This document shows, piece after piece, positions 10,758 through 20,758 of a stretch of 64,000 nucleotides of DNA. Each line of letters starts with the position of its first letter. Positions within the stretch are counted from its first letter, which is position 1. The stretch lies in the NCBI GenBank assembly GCA_049521795.1, contig JBEKOM010000008.1, forward strand, positions 19,702 to 83,701. The letters run 5' to 3'. Below the pieces are notes generated by a model. That model saw only the letters and a list, made by a program, of their open reading frames with translations, searched no databases and was not told the DNA's origin. Source of the DNA: Candidatus Bathyarchaeia archaeon. GTDB taxonomy: Archaea; Thermoproteota; Bathyarchaeia; Bathyarchaeales; Bathycorpusculaceae. A program made the translations under genes and the position numbers.

Positions 10758-11486
10758 TTGCAGAGGAGGAACAAGACTCGTTTCGCAGTCGGCCACATGT
10801 CGTTGGGGTACATCCTGGGCAAGACTTCGTCCAAGTTCCTGAAAACAAACCTTAACATACCGCTTGTACTGACCTTATCTATCCTCCCTGACATGGACAT
10901 CCTGGCAGAGCACGTGCCTGGTTTGGCTCCGATCCTCCAGCACAGGGGCCCAACGCATTCGTTTGTGGTTTCGTTCATCATTTTCATCCCTTTCTTTGTC
11001 GTCTATCGGAAGACCGCGGTTCCGTATTTCATAGCCTTGGTCCAGCACGCTTTGATAGGTGACTACTTAACTGGAGGGGGTTTGCAGCTTTTCTGGCCGA
11101 TTAGCCAGCAACGTTTCGGATTAGCAGGGGCAAGCATAATGAGCGCAGAAAACGTGGCTTTAGAGTTTAGTCTGTTCGTTGTGTCCCTTGCGATCTTGCT
11201 GATCACCCTGGATATAGTTGCATTGTTTCAGGCTCATCGGTCCAACCTCATACTGGTTATCCCCATTTTCACGGTGTTGCTGCCAACGTTCTTGAGCTAC
11301 CCGTTGACCGTGCCTGCCTGGTTAATCGTGCCGCACTTAGTGTACATGGTTCTTTTTGCGGCCAGTGTTATCTTCGAACTGCCAAGGCTCTTCAGGTCCC
11401 AGCGCAGCCAGAAATCAGAACTTGTCCTGAGCAAGCAGGTGTATAGATTATTAGGACGGCGGCGGAGGCCTTGTTCCCAGGGTTAG
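10758..11486 (+). CDS. Membrane-bound metal-dependent hydrolase (YdjM-like)
   Basis: GH near the N-terminus, LPDMD, HRGPTHS, H..GD.LT..G..LFWP; start codon uncertain. Confidence 0.85.
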   Translation: MQRRNKTRFAVGHMSLGYILGKTSSKFLKTNLNIPLVLTLSILPDMDILAEHVPGLAPILQHRGPTHSFVVSFIIFIPFFVVYRKTAVPYFIALVQHALIGDYLTGGGLQLFWPISQQRFGLAGASIMSAENVALEFSLFVVSLAILLITLDIVALFQAHRSNLILVIPIFTVLLPTFLSYPLTVPAWLIVPHLVYMVLFAASVIFELPRLFRSQRSQKSELVLSKQVYRLLGRRRRPCSQG

Positions 11487-12629
11487 TAGCAAATCAAGAT
11501 CTTGATTGCTCCTGACTAGGTGTAAGGTCACATTTTCCGTAGGCAGAGTGTATTCTTCCAGGTAACTGGACATCTCGTCGCCGTTTTTTATGCGAGTCTG
11601 ATTGATCCCGACCAGTATGTCGTCAACGTGCACTCCTGCCTTGTCAGCCGGTCCTCCAGAGACCACTTCACCGATCCACCAGCCGTAGGTTACGTTTGTG
11701 TGCAGAGTCTGAGCTTGGAAGTAGTCCATGTCTCCTCCTCGGTCGGCCGTTGTTCCTACGCCCAGATATGAGTGGCCGTCGTAATGGCCAGTTGCAACCA
11801 AGCTTCCTAACTCCCTGAGTATCGTGTTCGATTCAACGGCAAAAACCACTCCCTGAGCCGGCGTGCCTTGAGAAACCTCAGCTGTAGCTGCAGTTATCCC
11901 CACGACTTCACCGTCGAGGTCCAGCAGGGGACCGCCAGAATTGCCCGGGTTTACAGGAGTGCTCGTTTGTATGATGTCAGCTATGGCAAAACCCCCAGCA
12001 TATTCGGTCTCAGTTATCGTCCTGCCGAGACCACTTATCACGCCCGTGGTCATCGACCCCGCTAAGCCGAAGGGAGCCCCTATCGCCACCACAGAGTCTC
12101 CGACCCTCAAGGTTGAGGAACTCGCGACAGCAATCGGCTTGAACTCATCCTCTGGAGCCCCTACAACCGAGACCACTGCTAAATCTGCGTACGGGTCTGT
12201 CCCATTCACTGTGGCTGCGTAGCCGTCACCGTTTGAAAAAGTCACGCTTAGGCTTGTCGTTCCGTGTACAACGTGGTTGTTTGTTACCACAAGCAATGAT
12301 CCCGTCATGTTGTAGACGAAACCTGAACCCTGAACGGTTCCGGTGCTCGTTTGGCCTTCAATCAGAACGACCGAGTCTTTGACTTTCCCATACAACTCGT
12401 TTAACGCAGTTGTGTTCCAAAATAGATTGATCGTCTGGTAGAGGTTCGTCTGGTTACCTGACATGCGCGACAGCGTACTTGAAAGGTTTGAAACATCATT
12501 CTCAAGACTGTCGATCTTCTGCAAAAACACGTAAGATGTTGCCAGTCCTCCAATTATCAGCCCTGCAACGAGGACCAGAGCTATGACCGCCGCAGAGGAA
12601 CCCATACGATGCTCATTCATCTGATTCAC
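11451..12629 (-). CDS. Membrane-anchored HtrA/DegP-like trypsin serine protease with PDZ domain
   Basis: TNNHVV, DLAV, NPGNSGGPL catalytic triad motifs; C-terminal PDZ; N-terminal TM. Confidence 0.93.
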   Translation of the reverse strand: MNQMNEHRMGSSAAVIALVLVAGLIIGGLATSYVFLQKIDSLENDVSNLSSTLSRMSGNQTNLYQTINLFWNTTALNELYGKVKDSVVLIEGQTSTGTVQGSGFVYNMTGSLLVVTNNHVVHGTTSLSVTFSNGDGYAATVNGTDPYADLAVVSVVGAPEDEFKPIAVASSSTLRVGDSVVAIGAPFGLAGSMTTGVISGLGRTITETEYAGGFAIADIIQTSTPVNPGNSGGPLLDLDGEVVGITAATAEVSQGTPAQGVVFAVESNTILRELGSLVATGHYDGHSYLGVGTTADRGGDMDYFQAQTLHTNVTYGWWIGEVVSGGPADKAGVHVDDILVGINQTRIKNGDEMSSYLEEYTLPTENVTLHLVRSNQDLDLLLTLGTRPPPPS

Positions 12630-12685
12630 CTTTCCCTAAGTGAGTTGAAAGACCCCTCTTAAGAGTTACGGAAAACCTGTTCCGG

Positions 12686-13822
12686 TCAATGCTTGAAGAG
12701 TCTAACGGCAAAAAGAGCCATGACCGGCATAGCAGCCCCTGCCACCATGAATGGATACTGCGGCGAAAACGCGTAGAGAAGACCACCAAGGTACGGGGCT
12801 ATGAAGGAAACAAACATGCTTACCGTCTGAGGCACCGCCACCCAACGGGCTCTGCACGACTCTGGGGCCATAGGGCCTGCGATAGCACTCATCAAAGACC
12901 ACGTTAAGTATGAACCGCCGATCAGAACAAATGAGACTGCAAGAATTGCGAAACTGCCCGACAACAACAACAAAACCGTCGACACACTGCTCAGGATGGC
13001 AACCAGTGCAAGAGGATACGATTTGCCTGACCTGTCTCCGAGTCTGCCAAGGAGAACACTTAGTACGGCTGAGCTTGCAAAGGAAATTGAACCGAGAACA
13101 CCCAATTCAAAATCGCCAAACTTGTACACATCGGCCACGAACTTTGGAATGAAAGGTCGAAACATCGTCAAAACAAACATTAACAGCGCGAAGAAAATCG
13201 TCATGATCAACAGTTTTCGATTTTTCAGAAGTTCTCTAAATGAATAATCATTCTCCGTGCCGGTTTGAATGTTCTTTGCGCGTTGGCTCTTGATGAAGAA
13301 AAGTGTCAGGCAGGCCAAAGAGTAAAGAATGAAGGCCGTGTAGAAAACAGGTTTCATGCCGATGTTTCCAGACAGAAATCCCCCTAGAGCAGGTGAAAAA
13401 ACGTAACCGATTGACCATGCCGCGGACATCGTCGTGAAAGTCAACGTCAACATGCTGGGGTCAGCAGCTGTCACGATGTACGCTGTTCCCGCGGGTCCTC
13501 CCAGCCAGATGCCCCACATTATCATTCCAGGAAGCATTGCAATCCAGTTGCTGGCTGATGAAAAGATCAAAGGCACGGGTAACCATGCAAGCCACCCCGC
13601 GATCATGATCTTCTTGCGGTCGTACCTGTCTGCCAGCGTTCCTGAGATCAGAAGGGTCAGGGCAGCGGACAGACTGAGCACCGCGTAAAGTATCCCTATC
13701 TGAACTGAGTCAGCGCCCAACGTGTTACTCATGTAAACCGGCAGAAGATACGCGAAGAGGCCGTCGCCGAAAGCGCCCACCAAGTTGCAAGTGAAGACCA
13801 ATTTCAAATCTTTGTTCAGCAC
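12686..13822 (-). CDS. MFS transporter
   Basis: GTLADRYDRK and GRLGDRSGK motif A copies; ~12 TM helices. Confidence 0.9.
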   Translation of the reverse strand: MLNKDLKLVFTCNLVGAFGDGLFAYLLPVYMSNTLGADSVQIGILYAVLSLSAALTLLISGTLADRYDRKKIMIAGWLAWLPVPLIFSSASNWIAMLPGMIMWGIWLGGPAGTAYIVTAADPSMLTLTFTTMSAAWSIGYVFSPALGGFLSGNIGMKPVFYTAFILYSLACLTLFFIKSQRAKNIQTGTENDYSFRELLKNRKLLIMTIFFALLMFVLTMFRPFIPKFVADVYKFGDFELGVLGSISFASSAVLSVLLGRLGDRSGKSYPLALVAILSSVSTVLLLLSGSFAILAVSFVLIGGSYLTWSLMSAIAGPMAPESCRARWVAVPQTVSMFVSFIAPYLGGLLYAFSPQYPFMVAGAAMPVMALFAVRLFKH

Positions 13823-13906
13823 TGGCGAGCCTCCTGCGCCACTATCGTGTTAGATTGTTGTTCTTACTTTTTTCGGCGATTGCTGAACAGTCAACGACCT
13901 TCTGCG

Positions 13907-14920
13907 TCATGTTTCGTTGAGGCCATTTCTCCTGTCAACAAGGTCTAAGGCGTCAGGTCCAGTCCCTATGAGTGCAACCTGGACTCCTGTTTCTTTTTCA
14001 ATTCTGCTGACGAACTGTTTTGCCTCATTTGGAACTTTCTCATATGATTTTGCGCCTTTACATTCTGGGTAAACGCAATCGAGTTTGGTTAACGCTATCT
14101 GTGTGGCTCCATCGATCATCACAGACCTCTTGGCAAGTTCGAAGTTGAAGGGTGCTGCACGTCTGTCTCGCCCAGTTCCTGCCGCTTTCTCAAACCATCC
14201 GCGCCTCATTGCTTCTTCTTTTGATATTTCTCCAGGCAGGGATCCTGTCCCCACGCGGGTCATGAAGGATTTCAGCACTAACAAAACGTCGTCGACTCTG
14301 GTTGGGCCTACACCTGCTTCTGAACATATCGCAGCAGCACTCGTATCTCTGCTGGTGACGTATGGGTATGTCCCATGGAACACAGAGAGCATCAGCCCTT
14401 GGGTTCCTTCGAGCAGAACCTTCTTCTGCTTGTTCAGTGCGTCATTGATTTCCGATGCCGCGTCTGCGAGGTAAGGCTTCAGTTCAGGAACATCTCTCAC
14501 AAGCTTGGCAGTCCTGCGCACACGTTCTTCAACCGCCGGACCGACACCCCAGCCCGTTGTTCCTAGACCCTTGAGGTGCTCGCTCGTCTTGTCCAGGGTC
14601 GAGTGCTTCTCCTCTATTATGGATGCTCGGCTGTCAACCCCTATGCGGTTCTTCACGCCGGTCTCCTCAACTTCTTTCAGAAACTGTTCAACGTGAACGT
14701 TTGCGCCTGGCCCGATCAGCAGCCGACATGCCTCATTGACGAAACCTCCTGGAACCATGTGTAACGCGTAGCGTTTACCCTTGTACCAGATCGTGTGGGC
14801 AGCGTTCACCGAACCTGTTCTCACGCAGCAGTCCACCTTGTCTTTAAGTGACAAATAGGATATTATTTTTCCTTTACCCTCATCTCCCCAGAAGCCGCCG
14901 GCTACAACTGTGCAAGGCAT
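13907..14920 (-). CDS. purA: Adenylosuccinate synthetase (short archaeal form)
   Basis: GGFWGDEGKGK, NAAHT, EGTQG, TYPYVTS, LTKLD. Confidence 0.96.
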   Translation of the reverse strand: MPCTVVAGGFWGDEGKGKIISYLSLKDKVDCCVRTGSVNAAHTIWYKGKRYALHMVPGGFVNEACRLLIGPGANVHVEQFLKEVEETGVKNRIGVDSRASIIEEKHSTLDKTSEHLKGLGTTGWGVGPAVEERVRRTAKLVRDVPELKPYLADAASEINDALNKQKKVLLEGTQGLMLSVFHGTYPYVTSRDTSAAAICSEAGVGPTRVDDVLLVLKSFMTRVGTGSLPGEISKEEAMRRGWFEKAAGTGRDRRAAPFNFELAKRSVMIDGATQIALTKLDCVYPECKGAKSYEKVPNEAKQFVSRIEKETGVQVALIGTGPDALDLVDRRNGLNET

Positions 14921-14991
14921 TTTTTTCACCGATCAGAGAATTTGCGTGGGTTTATTTAACATTGTTTGCCGGTTTCATGTCGAAAGAATAG

Positions 14992-15384
14992 CTATGATCC
15001 ATGGGGCTGTCTGCGACTTGCAGCTTCAAGTTCTATCCTTCGCAGAAGCTCACCGATTTTTTCGCCTTTCTTCCTCAATTCCATCTTTGAAACGGTTCGG
15101 CCTCTCGGGCACAGCTCATCCACGAGCGGTACGTTCTGTTCGGTGTAAACAGCAGGGTATAGACGGCATCCGAACGGCCTAGACGCATAAGCTTTGCAGC
15201 GTCGCCTCTCAACATCATAGAAAACACAGTGTCCTCCACGATTTTGAAGCAACGCATAACCATGCCTGTCATATCTCACGAAGCTTTCGCTGCTGTAACC
15301 TGCCTTCATCAGGAGCTGCACGTCATCTTCAGAAAGCAACATTTGAGTTTCTTTGCAGCATACTCCACAGTGCGAACAGCGCAT
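14992..15384 (-). CDS. YkgJ-family (CxxCxxCC) Zn/Fe-chelating protein
   Basis: CSHCGVCC, CVF, C..Y..RP..CRLYP. Confidence 0.88.
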   Translation of the reverse strand: MRCSHCGVCCKETQMLLSEDDVQLLMKAGYSSESFVRYDRHGYALLQNRGGHCVFYDVERRRCKAYASRPFGCRLYPAVYTEQNVPLVDELCPRGRTVSKMELRKKGEKIGELLRRIELEAASRRQPHGS

Positions 15385-15439
15385 GAAGGCTCTATAAGCC
15401 AGGCTTTTCTAATCTGCGTTTCGACTACTTTCTGCTTCT

Positions 15440-15679
15440 CTAACCGTCAGTAAGGATCAAGTTCAGGTTCAGCAACTCTGCCCATGCTATGTTTCTTATG
15501 GAAACTCTCAAAGTGGGTCTATTGCCATACGGAACGCACGTGACAAAGTTCTCTCTTCTGAATTCGTCCTTCTTGATCCCTGCTACTTGAACGTTTATTA
15601 TCACAGAACCGTCTTTCAAGTGCAGGTTAACGTTTCTTCCGAGAAAAGACCTTGCCGTGTTAAGGCTGAAACCTTCCAT
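15440..15679 (-). CDS. Small protein with an Sm/LSm-like N-terminal motif
   Basis: ATG 15679 with GGTGA upstream; FLGRNVNLHLKDGSVI resembles the Sm1 motif. Confidence 0.6.
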   Translation of the reverse strand: MEGFSLNTARSFLGRNVNLHLKDGSVIINVQVAGIKKDEFRRENFVTCVPYGNRPTLRVSIRNIAWAELLNLNLILTDG

Positions 15680-15683
15680 GTTC

Positions 15684-15821
15684 TCACCACTCGAAGTCTC
15701 GGTCTGCCAGCTTGCTCCAGCAGCGTCGGCAAATCGGCAGCCTCTCTCCTTTGAAGAAAATGTAGACTTCAATGTCATTGTTCTTGCACTCTCCATCCCA
15801 AGGGTTTTTGCAACGTTCCAT
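15684..15821 (-). CDS. 45-aa Zn-finger microprotein (not in ORF track)
   Basis: GAGGTG RBS, then MERCKNPWDGECKNNDIEVYIFFKGERLPICRRCWSKLADRDFEW*; four Cys; stop lies 4 nt before the next ATG. Confidence 0.7.
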   Translation of the reverse strand: MERCKNPWDGECKNNDIEVYIFFKGERLPICRRCWSKLADRDFEW

Positions 15822-16059
15822 AATAGCACCTCTTCAGCATCTGGACACTCGCTGTTTTTGCTCTTAAGCTTCGCCTTGCCACGACATCAGCCGCCCGAAG
15901 AGAGATGAGTTAAAGTGATGCCGTCCACTGCTGGAATTACGGGTTCGACTGTGCAGAAATCTTTTAAGCAGTTGATTCCAGATTTGACGTCTGGCAATGA
16001 GCAGGTGAGAGAAGCTATTGCGCAGGTCTGCTGGCTGGATTTGGGAGGCTAAGTAGCAC

Positions 16060-16497
16060 ATGGGTCTGTTTAATCCAAACGCTTTTTTTCTATCTGACGT
16101 AAACTTGCTTCTTCAATTGGCAATTTTGGTCGTCTTGATTCTGGCGTTCTTTTTCAAGTCTAGGAAGAGTTATCTGAAGCATGGTGCAACTATGGGAATT
16201 GCTGTCACCTTGCACACGGTTTTGATATTTGCCATAATGGTTCCCTCATTTGCGTCGCTCGTGGGCTCGTTTGGAAATCTGCTTTGGCCATCTGCGTTGG
16301 CGGTCCTATCGCACGCGGTTCTCGGAAGTCTAGTGGAATTACTCGGGCTGTATCTCGTCCTGGCATGGGCGCTGAATCGCTGGAATGTCAAAGTCTGCCA
16401 TGGAAATAAGAGATTCATGAAGCCCACGATCATCTTGTGGTTGATAGAAATAGCACTCGGTGCGTACGTGTACATATTGCTCTACGTGCCCTTGTAG
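16060..16497 (+). CDS. Four-helix membrane protein (DUF420-like)
   Basis: Four hydrophobic segments with His residues (KHGATM, LH, SH). Confidence 0.7.
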   Translation: MGLFNPNAFFLSDVNLLLQLAILVVLILAFFFKSRKSYLKHGATMGIAVTLHTVLIFAIMVPSFASLVGSFGNLLWPSALAVLSHAVLGSLVELLGLYLVLAWALNRWNVKVCHGNKRFMKPTIILWLIEIALGAYVYILLYVPL

Positions 16498-16543
16498 CTC
16501 TTCACAGTTTAGGCTAAGATGGGTTGCAAGTCGGTTCGTGTCC

Positions 16544-17086
16544 CTAGATCTGGATTAGTTCGGGCACAATTCTCTCTTTTGTTACCCTTAGCAAGGCAAC
16601 GCTGGGCTTAGCTATGAACGAAGGAAGAGGGTTCGTTGGGCTTCCAGGGTTTATGAACAAGATGTCGCCGTTCCATTTTATGCTTGAATTATGCGTATGC
16701 CCATAGACCAGGACGTCGAAACCGTTCAGCTTGGCGATTTCACGCGCTTTTCTGATCCCGAAAAGTGTGCCAGGGTCATGAATCGCACCGATCTTCCAGT
16801 TGAACACTTTGAAGGAGTTCAACTTCTGAAGACCCCCACGAACCTCTGGCCCGTCCATGTTGCCATAGACAGCCAAGACTGGAGCGAGCTGTTCCAAGTC
16901 GTCGATAACTGACAACTCAACAAGGTCACCTGCGTGAACAATGTAATCAACGTTTTCAAAAACCTTGAAGACCGCTTTGGGGATCTCCCGTGCCCGAACT
17001 GGCACGTGCGTGTCGGATATTAGGCCAACGACCTTGCCCGAACTTTCCTGCAGCCTGGGAAGAATCTGGTCTTGCTGGCTGACCAT
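16544..17086 (-). CDS. YfcE/MJ0936-family metallophosphoesterase
   Basis: SDTH, HAGD, GNMD, GHTH, NPGS. Confidence 0.92.
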   Translation of the reverse strand: MVSQQDQILPRLQESSGKVVGLISDTHVPVRAREIPKAVFKVFENVDYIVHAGDLVELSVIDDLEQLAPVLAVYGNMDGPEVRGGLQKLNSFKVFNWKIGAIHDPGTLFGIRKAREIAKLNGFDVLVYGHTHNSSIKWNGDILFINPGSPTNPLPSFIAKPSVALLRVTKERIVPELIQI

Positions 17087-17249
17087 CAACTTGCACTTCC
17101 ATGTGGCCTCTGACAGCTCACCGAAACGGTTCGAGCGCAAATTAACCATTCGGAACTTGGATATTAAAGCTTAAGGCGCAACCCGAGTTCTTGGCAAATT
17201 AATAAGTAACCTGAAAAGCTATGCCTTTTGCAGATGGTGCAACAGTCAG

Positions 17250-18611
17250 ATGCATGGTGCTAAATTGTTAGAAGAAACAAGAGAAGAAGTGACGGCTCTT
17301 CTTAGAGATTTGATCCGCATCGATACGACTAACCCGCCGGGAAATGAAATCAAAGCTGCAGAATACTTGGCTGGAACATTGGAAGAAGACGGTTTCAAAT
17401 GTGAGCTCTTTGAGTCCAAGCCAAGTAGGGGCAGCTTGATAACGCGTATGAAAGGATGCGGCGAAGGACCGAGTCTTCTGCTTCTCTCACACTTGGATGT
17501 GGTTCCTGCAAATCCAAAGGAATGGAGCGTAGACCCCTTCGCCGGCATAGCCAAGGATGGCTTCGTCTGGGGACGCGGTGCATTGGACATGAAGTCCATG
17601 ACTGCTGTTGAAGTTATGGTCATGAAGCTCCTGAAGAAAAAGCGCGCCCAGTTGAAGGGTGACATCATACTCGCTGCAACAGCAGATGAAGAAAAAGGCG
17701 GAGAAGACGGAGTTGGCTGGCTGACGCGCAAACATCCAGAGAAAATTCGGGCAGACTACGTGATAAACGAAGGAGGAGGTCTAGCGATACCGGTCGACGG
17801 CAAAAACGTTTACACAGTTCAAACAGCGGAGAAAGGAATCTTATGGTTTAAGGTCAAGGCGAAAGGCACTCCTGGACACGGCTCGATACCAGGAGCATCG
17901 GACAACGCCATCGTGCGGATGAACAACGTCGTCCGTAAGCTTGAGCGATACCGTTCAAAAATCTCGTTAACGCCGACTGTCAAACGGTTCTTGGCTGAAA
18001 TGGCAAAAGAGCACAAGACGGCAAGGAAGACGTATACCAAGCTTCTTGAGAACCCGGCTGATGCTGATTCCGTTTTGGATGAACTTGCCAAGAAAGACAG
18101 GATTTTGGCTGAAGAGATACGGGCAAAGCTTAGGATGACGGTGACTCCCACCATGATTCACGGCGGAGTCAAAGAAAACATAATCCCGTCAGAATGCGAA
18201 GCTGTCTTTGACTGCAGAATCTTGCCGGGCCAGACCACTTCAGACGCCATGAACAAAATTAGGATCCTGCTCAAGAGCGTTGGCCTTGAAAAGTTAGAGT
18301 TTAAGACAATTCAGGCTAATGAGCCCTCAGAGTCGCCTCTTAACACCAAGCTGTACCGAGAGATCGTGAGTGCTCTGCGAAAATTCGACGCTGACTGTGC
18401 CGTTGCGCCAGACTTGCTGACCGGTGGAACTGACTCTCGATTTCTCAGGAGGCTGGGTGCTGTGTGTTACGGTTTTCAGCCTGTGCGTGCAGACATGTCC
18501 TACGGAGAATTGAAGAGTGGAATACACGGGGTTGATGAGAGGATATCGATCGATAACCTTGTGTTCGGAACGAGCGTCTTGTACCATGTTGTTGAGAGGT
18601 TCATGACTTAG
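17250..18611 (+). CDS. M20/M25/M40 metallo-hydrolase (ArgE/DapE-like)
   Basis: SHLDVVP, GRGALDMK, ADEE, NEGG, GGTDSR, HGVDE. Confidence 0.93.
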   Translation: MHGAKLLEETREEVTALLRDLIRIDTTNPPGNEIKAAEYLAGTLEEDGFKCELFESKPSRGSLITRMKGCGEGPSLLLLSHLDVVPANPKEWSVDPFAGIAKDGFVWGRGALDMKSMTAVEVMVMKLLKKKRAQLKGDIILAATADEEKGGEDGVGWLTRKHPEKIRADYVINEGGGLAIPVDGKNVYTVQTAEKGILWFKVKAKGTPGHGSIPGASDNAIVRMNNVVRKLERYRSKISLTPTVKRFLAEMAKEHKTARKTYTKLLENPADADSVLDELAKKDRILAEEIRAKLRMTVTPTMIHGGVKENIIPSECEAVFDCRILPGQTTSDAMNKIRILLKSVGLEKLEFKTIQANEPSESPLNTKLYREIVSALRKFDADCAVAPDLLTGGTDSRFLRRLGAVCYGFQPVRADMSYGELKSGIHGVDERISIDNLVFGTSVLYHVVERFMT

Positions 18612-18668
18612 AGTGAACCTATAAATACGGTTCAGTACAACTCATATGATTCAGTAGGAGAACCTGTG

Positions 18669-18959
18669 ATGCCCGCGATAGAGGTTGGCAGAATATGCGT
18701 CAAGGTTTCGGGACGCGAGGCCGGAAGAAAATGTGTTATAGTCGACGTAGTTGACAAGAGTTTTGTGTTGATAACTGGACCGAAAACAGTGACTGGTATC
18801 AGAAGGCGTAGGGCAAACGTCAACCACGTTGAACCTCTGCAAGACAGGGTGGAGATCAAGCGAGGCGCATCCGATGATGAGATTTCGGAAGCGCTGAAGG
18901 CTTCTGACAAGCTAGACATGATGGCGAAAGAAGTCAAGCCTGTCCTATCGGCGAAGTAG
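18669..18959 (+). CDS. rpl14e: 50S ribosomal protein L14e
   Basis: MPAIEVGRICVKVSGREAGRKCVIVD...TGPK...RRRANVNHVEP; conserved position upstream of cbf5. Confidence 0.96.
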   Translation: MPAIEVGRICVKVSGREAGRKCVIVDVVDKSFVLITGPKTVTGIRRRRANVNHVEPLQDRVEIKRGASDDEISEALKASDKLDMMAKEVKPVLSAK

Positions 18960-19092
18960 ACTAGACGGCCGCAGCCTGTGGGCACTTTTCCACAGAAATC
19001 ATGAAGTGCGAGGCAGGCAAGAAGCTGTGTTTCACATCTAAGCTCAAATACTTCAAACACTTTTTCTGTGTGCAAGGAGTGATATTGCCACT

Positions 19093-20125
19093 ATGCCTAG
19101 GACTGCTGCTCCATGGGAAGTTAAACATGAACTGCTTGTCAAAGCTGAGGATGAAACTGACCCGCGTTTTGGATGTAAGCCTGAAGAAAGGTCGGCTGAG
19201 GATTTGATGAAGTACGGTGTGATAAACGTTGACAAACCGGCCGGTCCGAGTAGCCACGAGGTTGCGGCGTGGGTTAAGCGCATCTTGAAGCAGGAGCATG
19301 TTGGTCACGGCGGGACTCTAGAGGCTAAGGCTTAGCCAGAGAAATCCCAAAGTGACCGGCGTTCTGCCCGTGACTCTAGGGGACGCTACGAAAGTTGTTC
19401 AGGCGTTGCTTCACAGCGGGAAAGAGTACGTGTGCGTAATGAAGCTTCATAAAGACGTAAGCATAGAACAAATCAAGAAAGTGCTAGGTCAGTTTGAGGA
19501 CAACATCTATCAGCGACCTCCGTTAAGGGCTTCGGTCAAGCGTCAACTTCGAACCCGGCGCATCTTCTACCTGGACCTCCTAGAAACAGAAGGACGCAAG
19601 GTGCTCTTCAGAACCGGATGCGAAGGCGGCACGTACATACGCAAGCTATGCTTTGACATCGGCGAAGTCTTAGGCTGTGGCGCACACATGCAGGAGCTGC
19701 GAAGAAGTAGAGCCGGGCCGTTCGTTGAGGCAAACAGCGTGATCTTGCATGATGCTGCCTACAGTTTCATGATGTGGCAGGAAAAGAACGATGAAAAATA
19801 TCTAAGACGGTTCATTCAGCCAATGGAGCGAGCCTTGGACATGATTCCAAAGGTTCATATTCGAGACTCAGCAGTGGACGCAGTGTGTCACGGTGCAAGC
19901 CTGACCGCTCCAGGGGTCCTATCGCTTGAAAGCAGTGTCAAAACAGGTTCAATGATTGCTGTTCTAACCCTGAAGAATGAGGCCGTTTGCTTGAGCCAAG
20001 CTGTCGTTGACGGAAACCAAGTCTTGAACATGGAGCACGGAGTTGTTGCGAAGACTCAAAGAGTGCTCATGCCCAGAGGTACGTATCCAAAACGCTGGAA
20101 GAGCGGTTCGAAAAAAGATGAGTAA
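19093..20125 (+). CDS. cbf5: H/ACA RNA-guided pseudouridine synthase Cbf5; two exons (19093-19321 and 19344-20125)
   Basis: DKPAGPSSHEV and GHGGTL in exon 1; removing 19322-19343 restores GHGGTLDPKVTGVL; C-terminal PUA domain. Confidence 0.95.
19322..19343 (+). other. 22-nt archaeal bulge-helix-bulge mRNA intron in cbf5
   Basis: GGGA-CTCT-AGA-GGCTAA-GGC-TTAGCC-AGAG-AAA-TCCC forms a perfect hBHBh'; cutting after the 2nd nt of each bulge rebuilds GAT (Asp). Confidence 0.93.
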
Positions 20126-20735
20126 GAAGAACAACAGCATAGAGCATTACTTTGTAGAACACCCAAAGTCAAGGGCAAGTTTTGGGCTGGTCTGCACCTA
20201 CCTGCGGGGAAGACCTTTCGAGTTCCTGACAGCCTCCGGCATATTTTCAAGAAGCCGAATCGACCTGGGTACAAGGCTGCTGATCGAATGCATGGTGCTT
20301 CCAAAAAAAGGCCACGTGCTGGACATCGGATGCGGCTACGGACCCGTCGGCATTGCCGCAGCGGCTTTCAACCCCAAACTGCACGTAGTACTGGCCGACC
20401 TTAACAGCCGAGCAGTGTGGCTGGCAAGGCAGAATGTGGAAAAAAACCTTGTCTACAATGCCGAGGTAAGGCGGGGCAACCTGTACGAACCTGTTCAGGA
20501 GCTCCTTTTCGACTGTGTGCTTTCGAACCCGCCTGTGAGTGCTGGGCTGAAGACTGTCAGAGCGATAATCTGTGAAGCGCCAAAGCATATGCCGAACAAA
20601 GGCACTTTTCAAATGGTCGTCAGATCCAAGGTTGGCGGCAAAAGATTCCGCACCTTTTTCGAGGAGGCTTTTGGAAATGTTGAGGTTTCGGCGCGCGAAA
20701 GCGGCTATCGCGTCCTAATGTCCCACAAACATTAA
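20118..20735 (+). CDS. Class I SAM methyltransferase (RsmC/MTS-like)
   Basis: EHYF, GIFS...IDLGTRLL, LDIGCGYG, SNPP; overlaps the cbf5 stop. Confidence 0.9.
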   Translation: MSKKNNSIEHYFVEHPKSRASFGLVCTYLRGRPFEFLTASGIFSRSRIDLGTRLLIECMVLPKKGHVLDIGCGYGPVGIAAAAFNPKLHVVLADLNSRAVWLARQNVEKNLVYNAEVRRGNLYEPVQELLFDCVLSNPPVSAGLKTVRAIICEAPKHMPNKGTFQMVVRSKVGGKRFRTFFEEAFGNVEVSARESGYRVLMSHKH

Positions 20736-20758
20736 AGTCAATCGTCTAGGCGACTCAA

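Noticed and set aside
10758-10799. Odd start of the hydrolase (GAGGAGG inside the ORF, no ATG before FAVGH) as a hidden intron or non-canonical start
   Set aside because: No BHB could be drawn, and the TTG at 10758 already gives an open frame.
19093-20125. cbf5 as two genes, a pseudogene or a sequencing frameshift
   Set aside because: The interruption is a perfect BHB whose canonical excision restores the catalytic motif.
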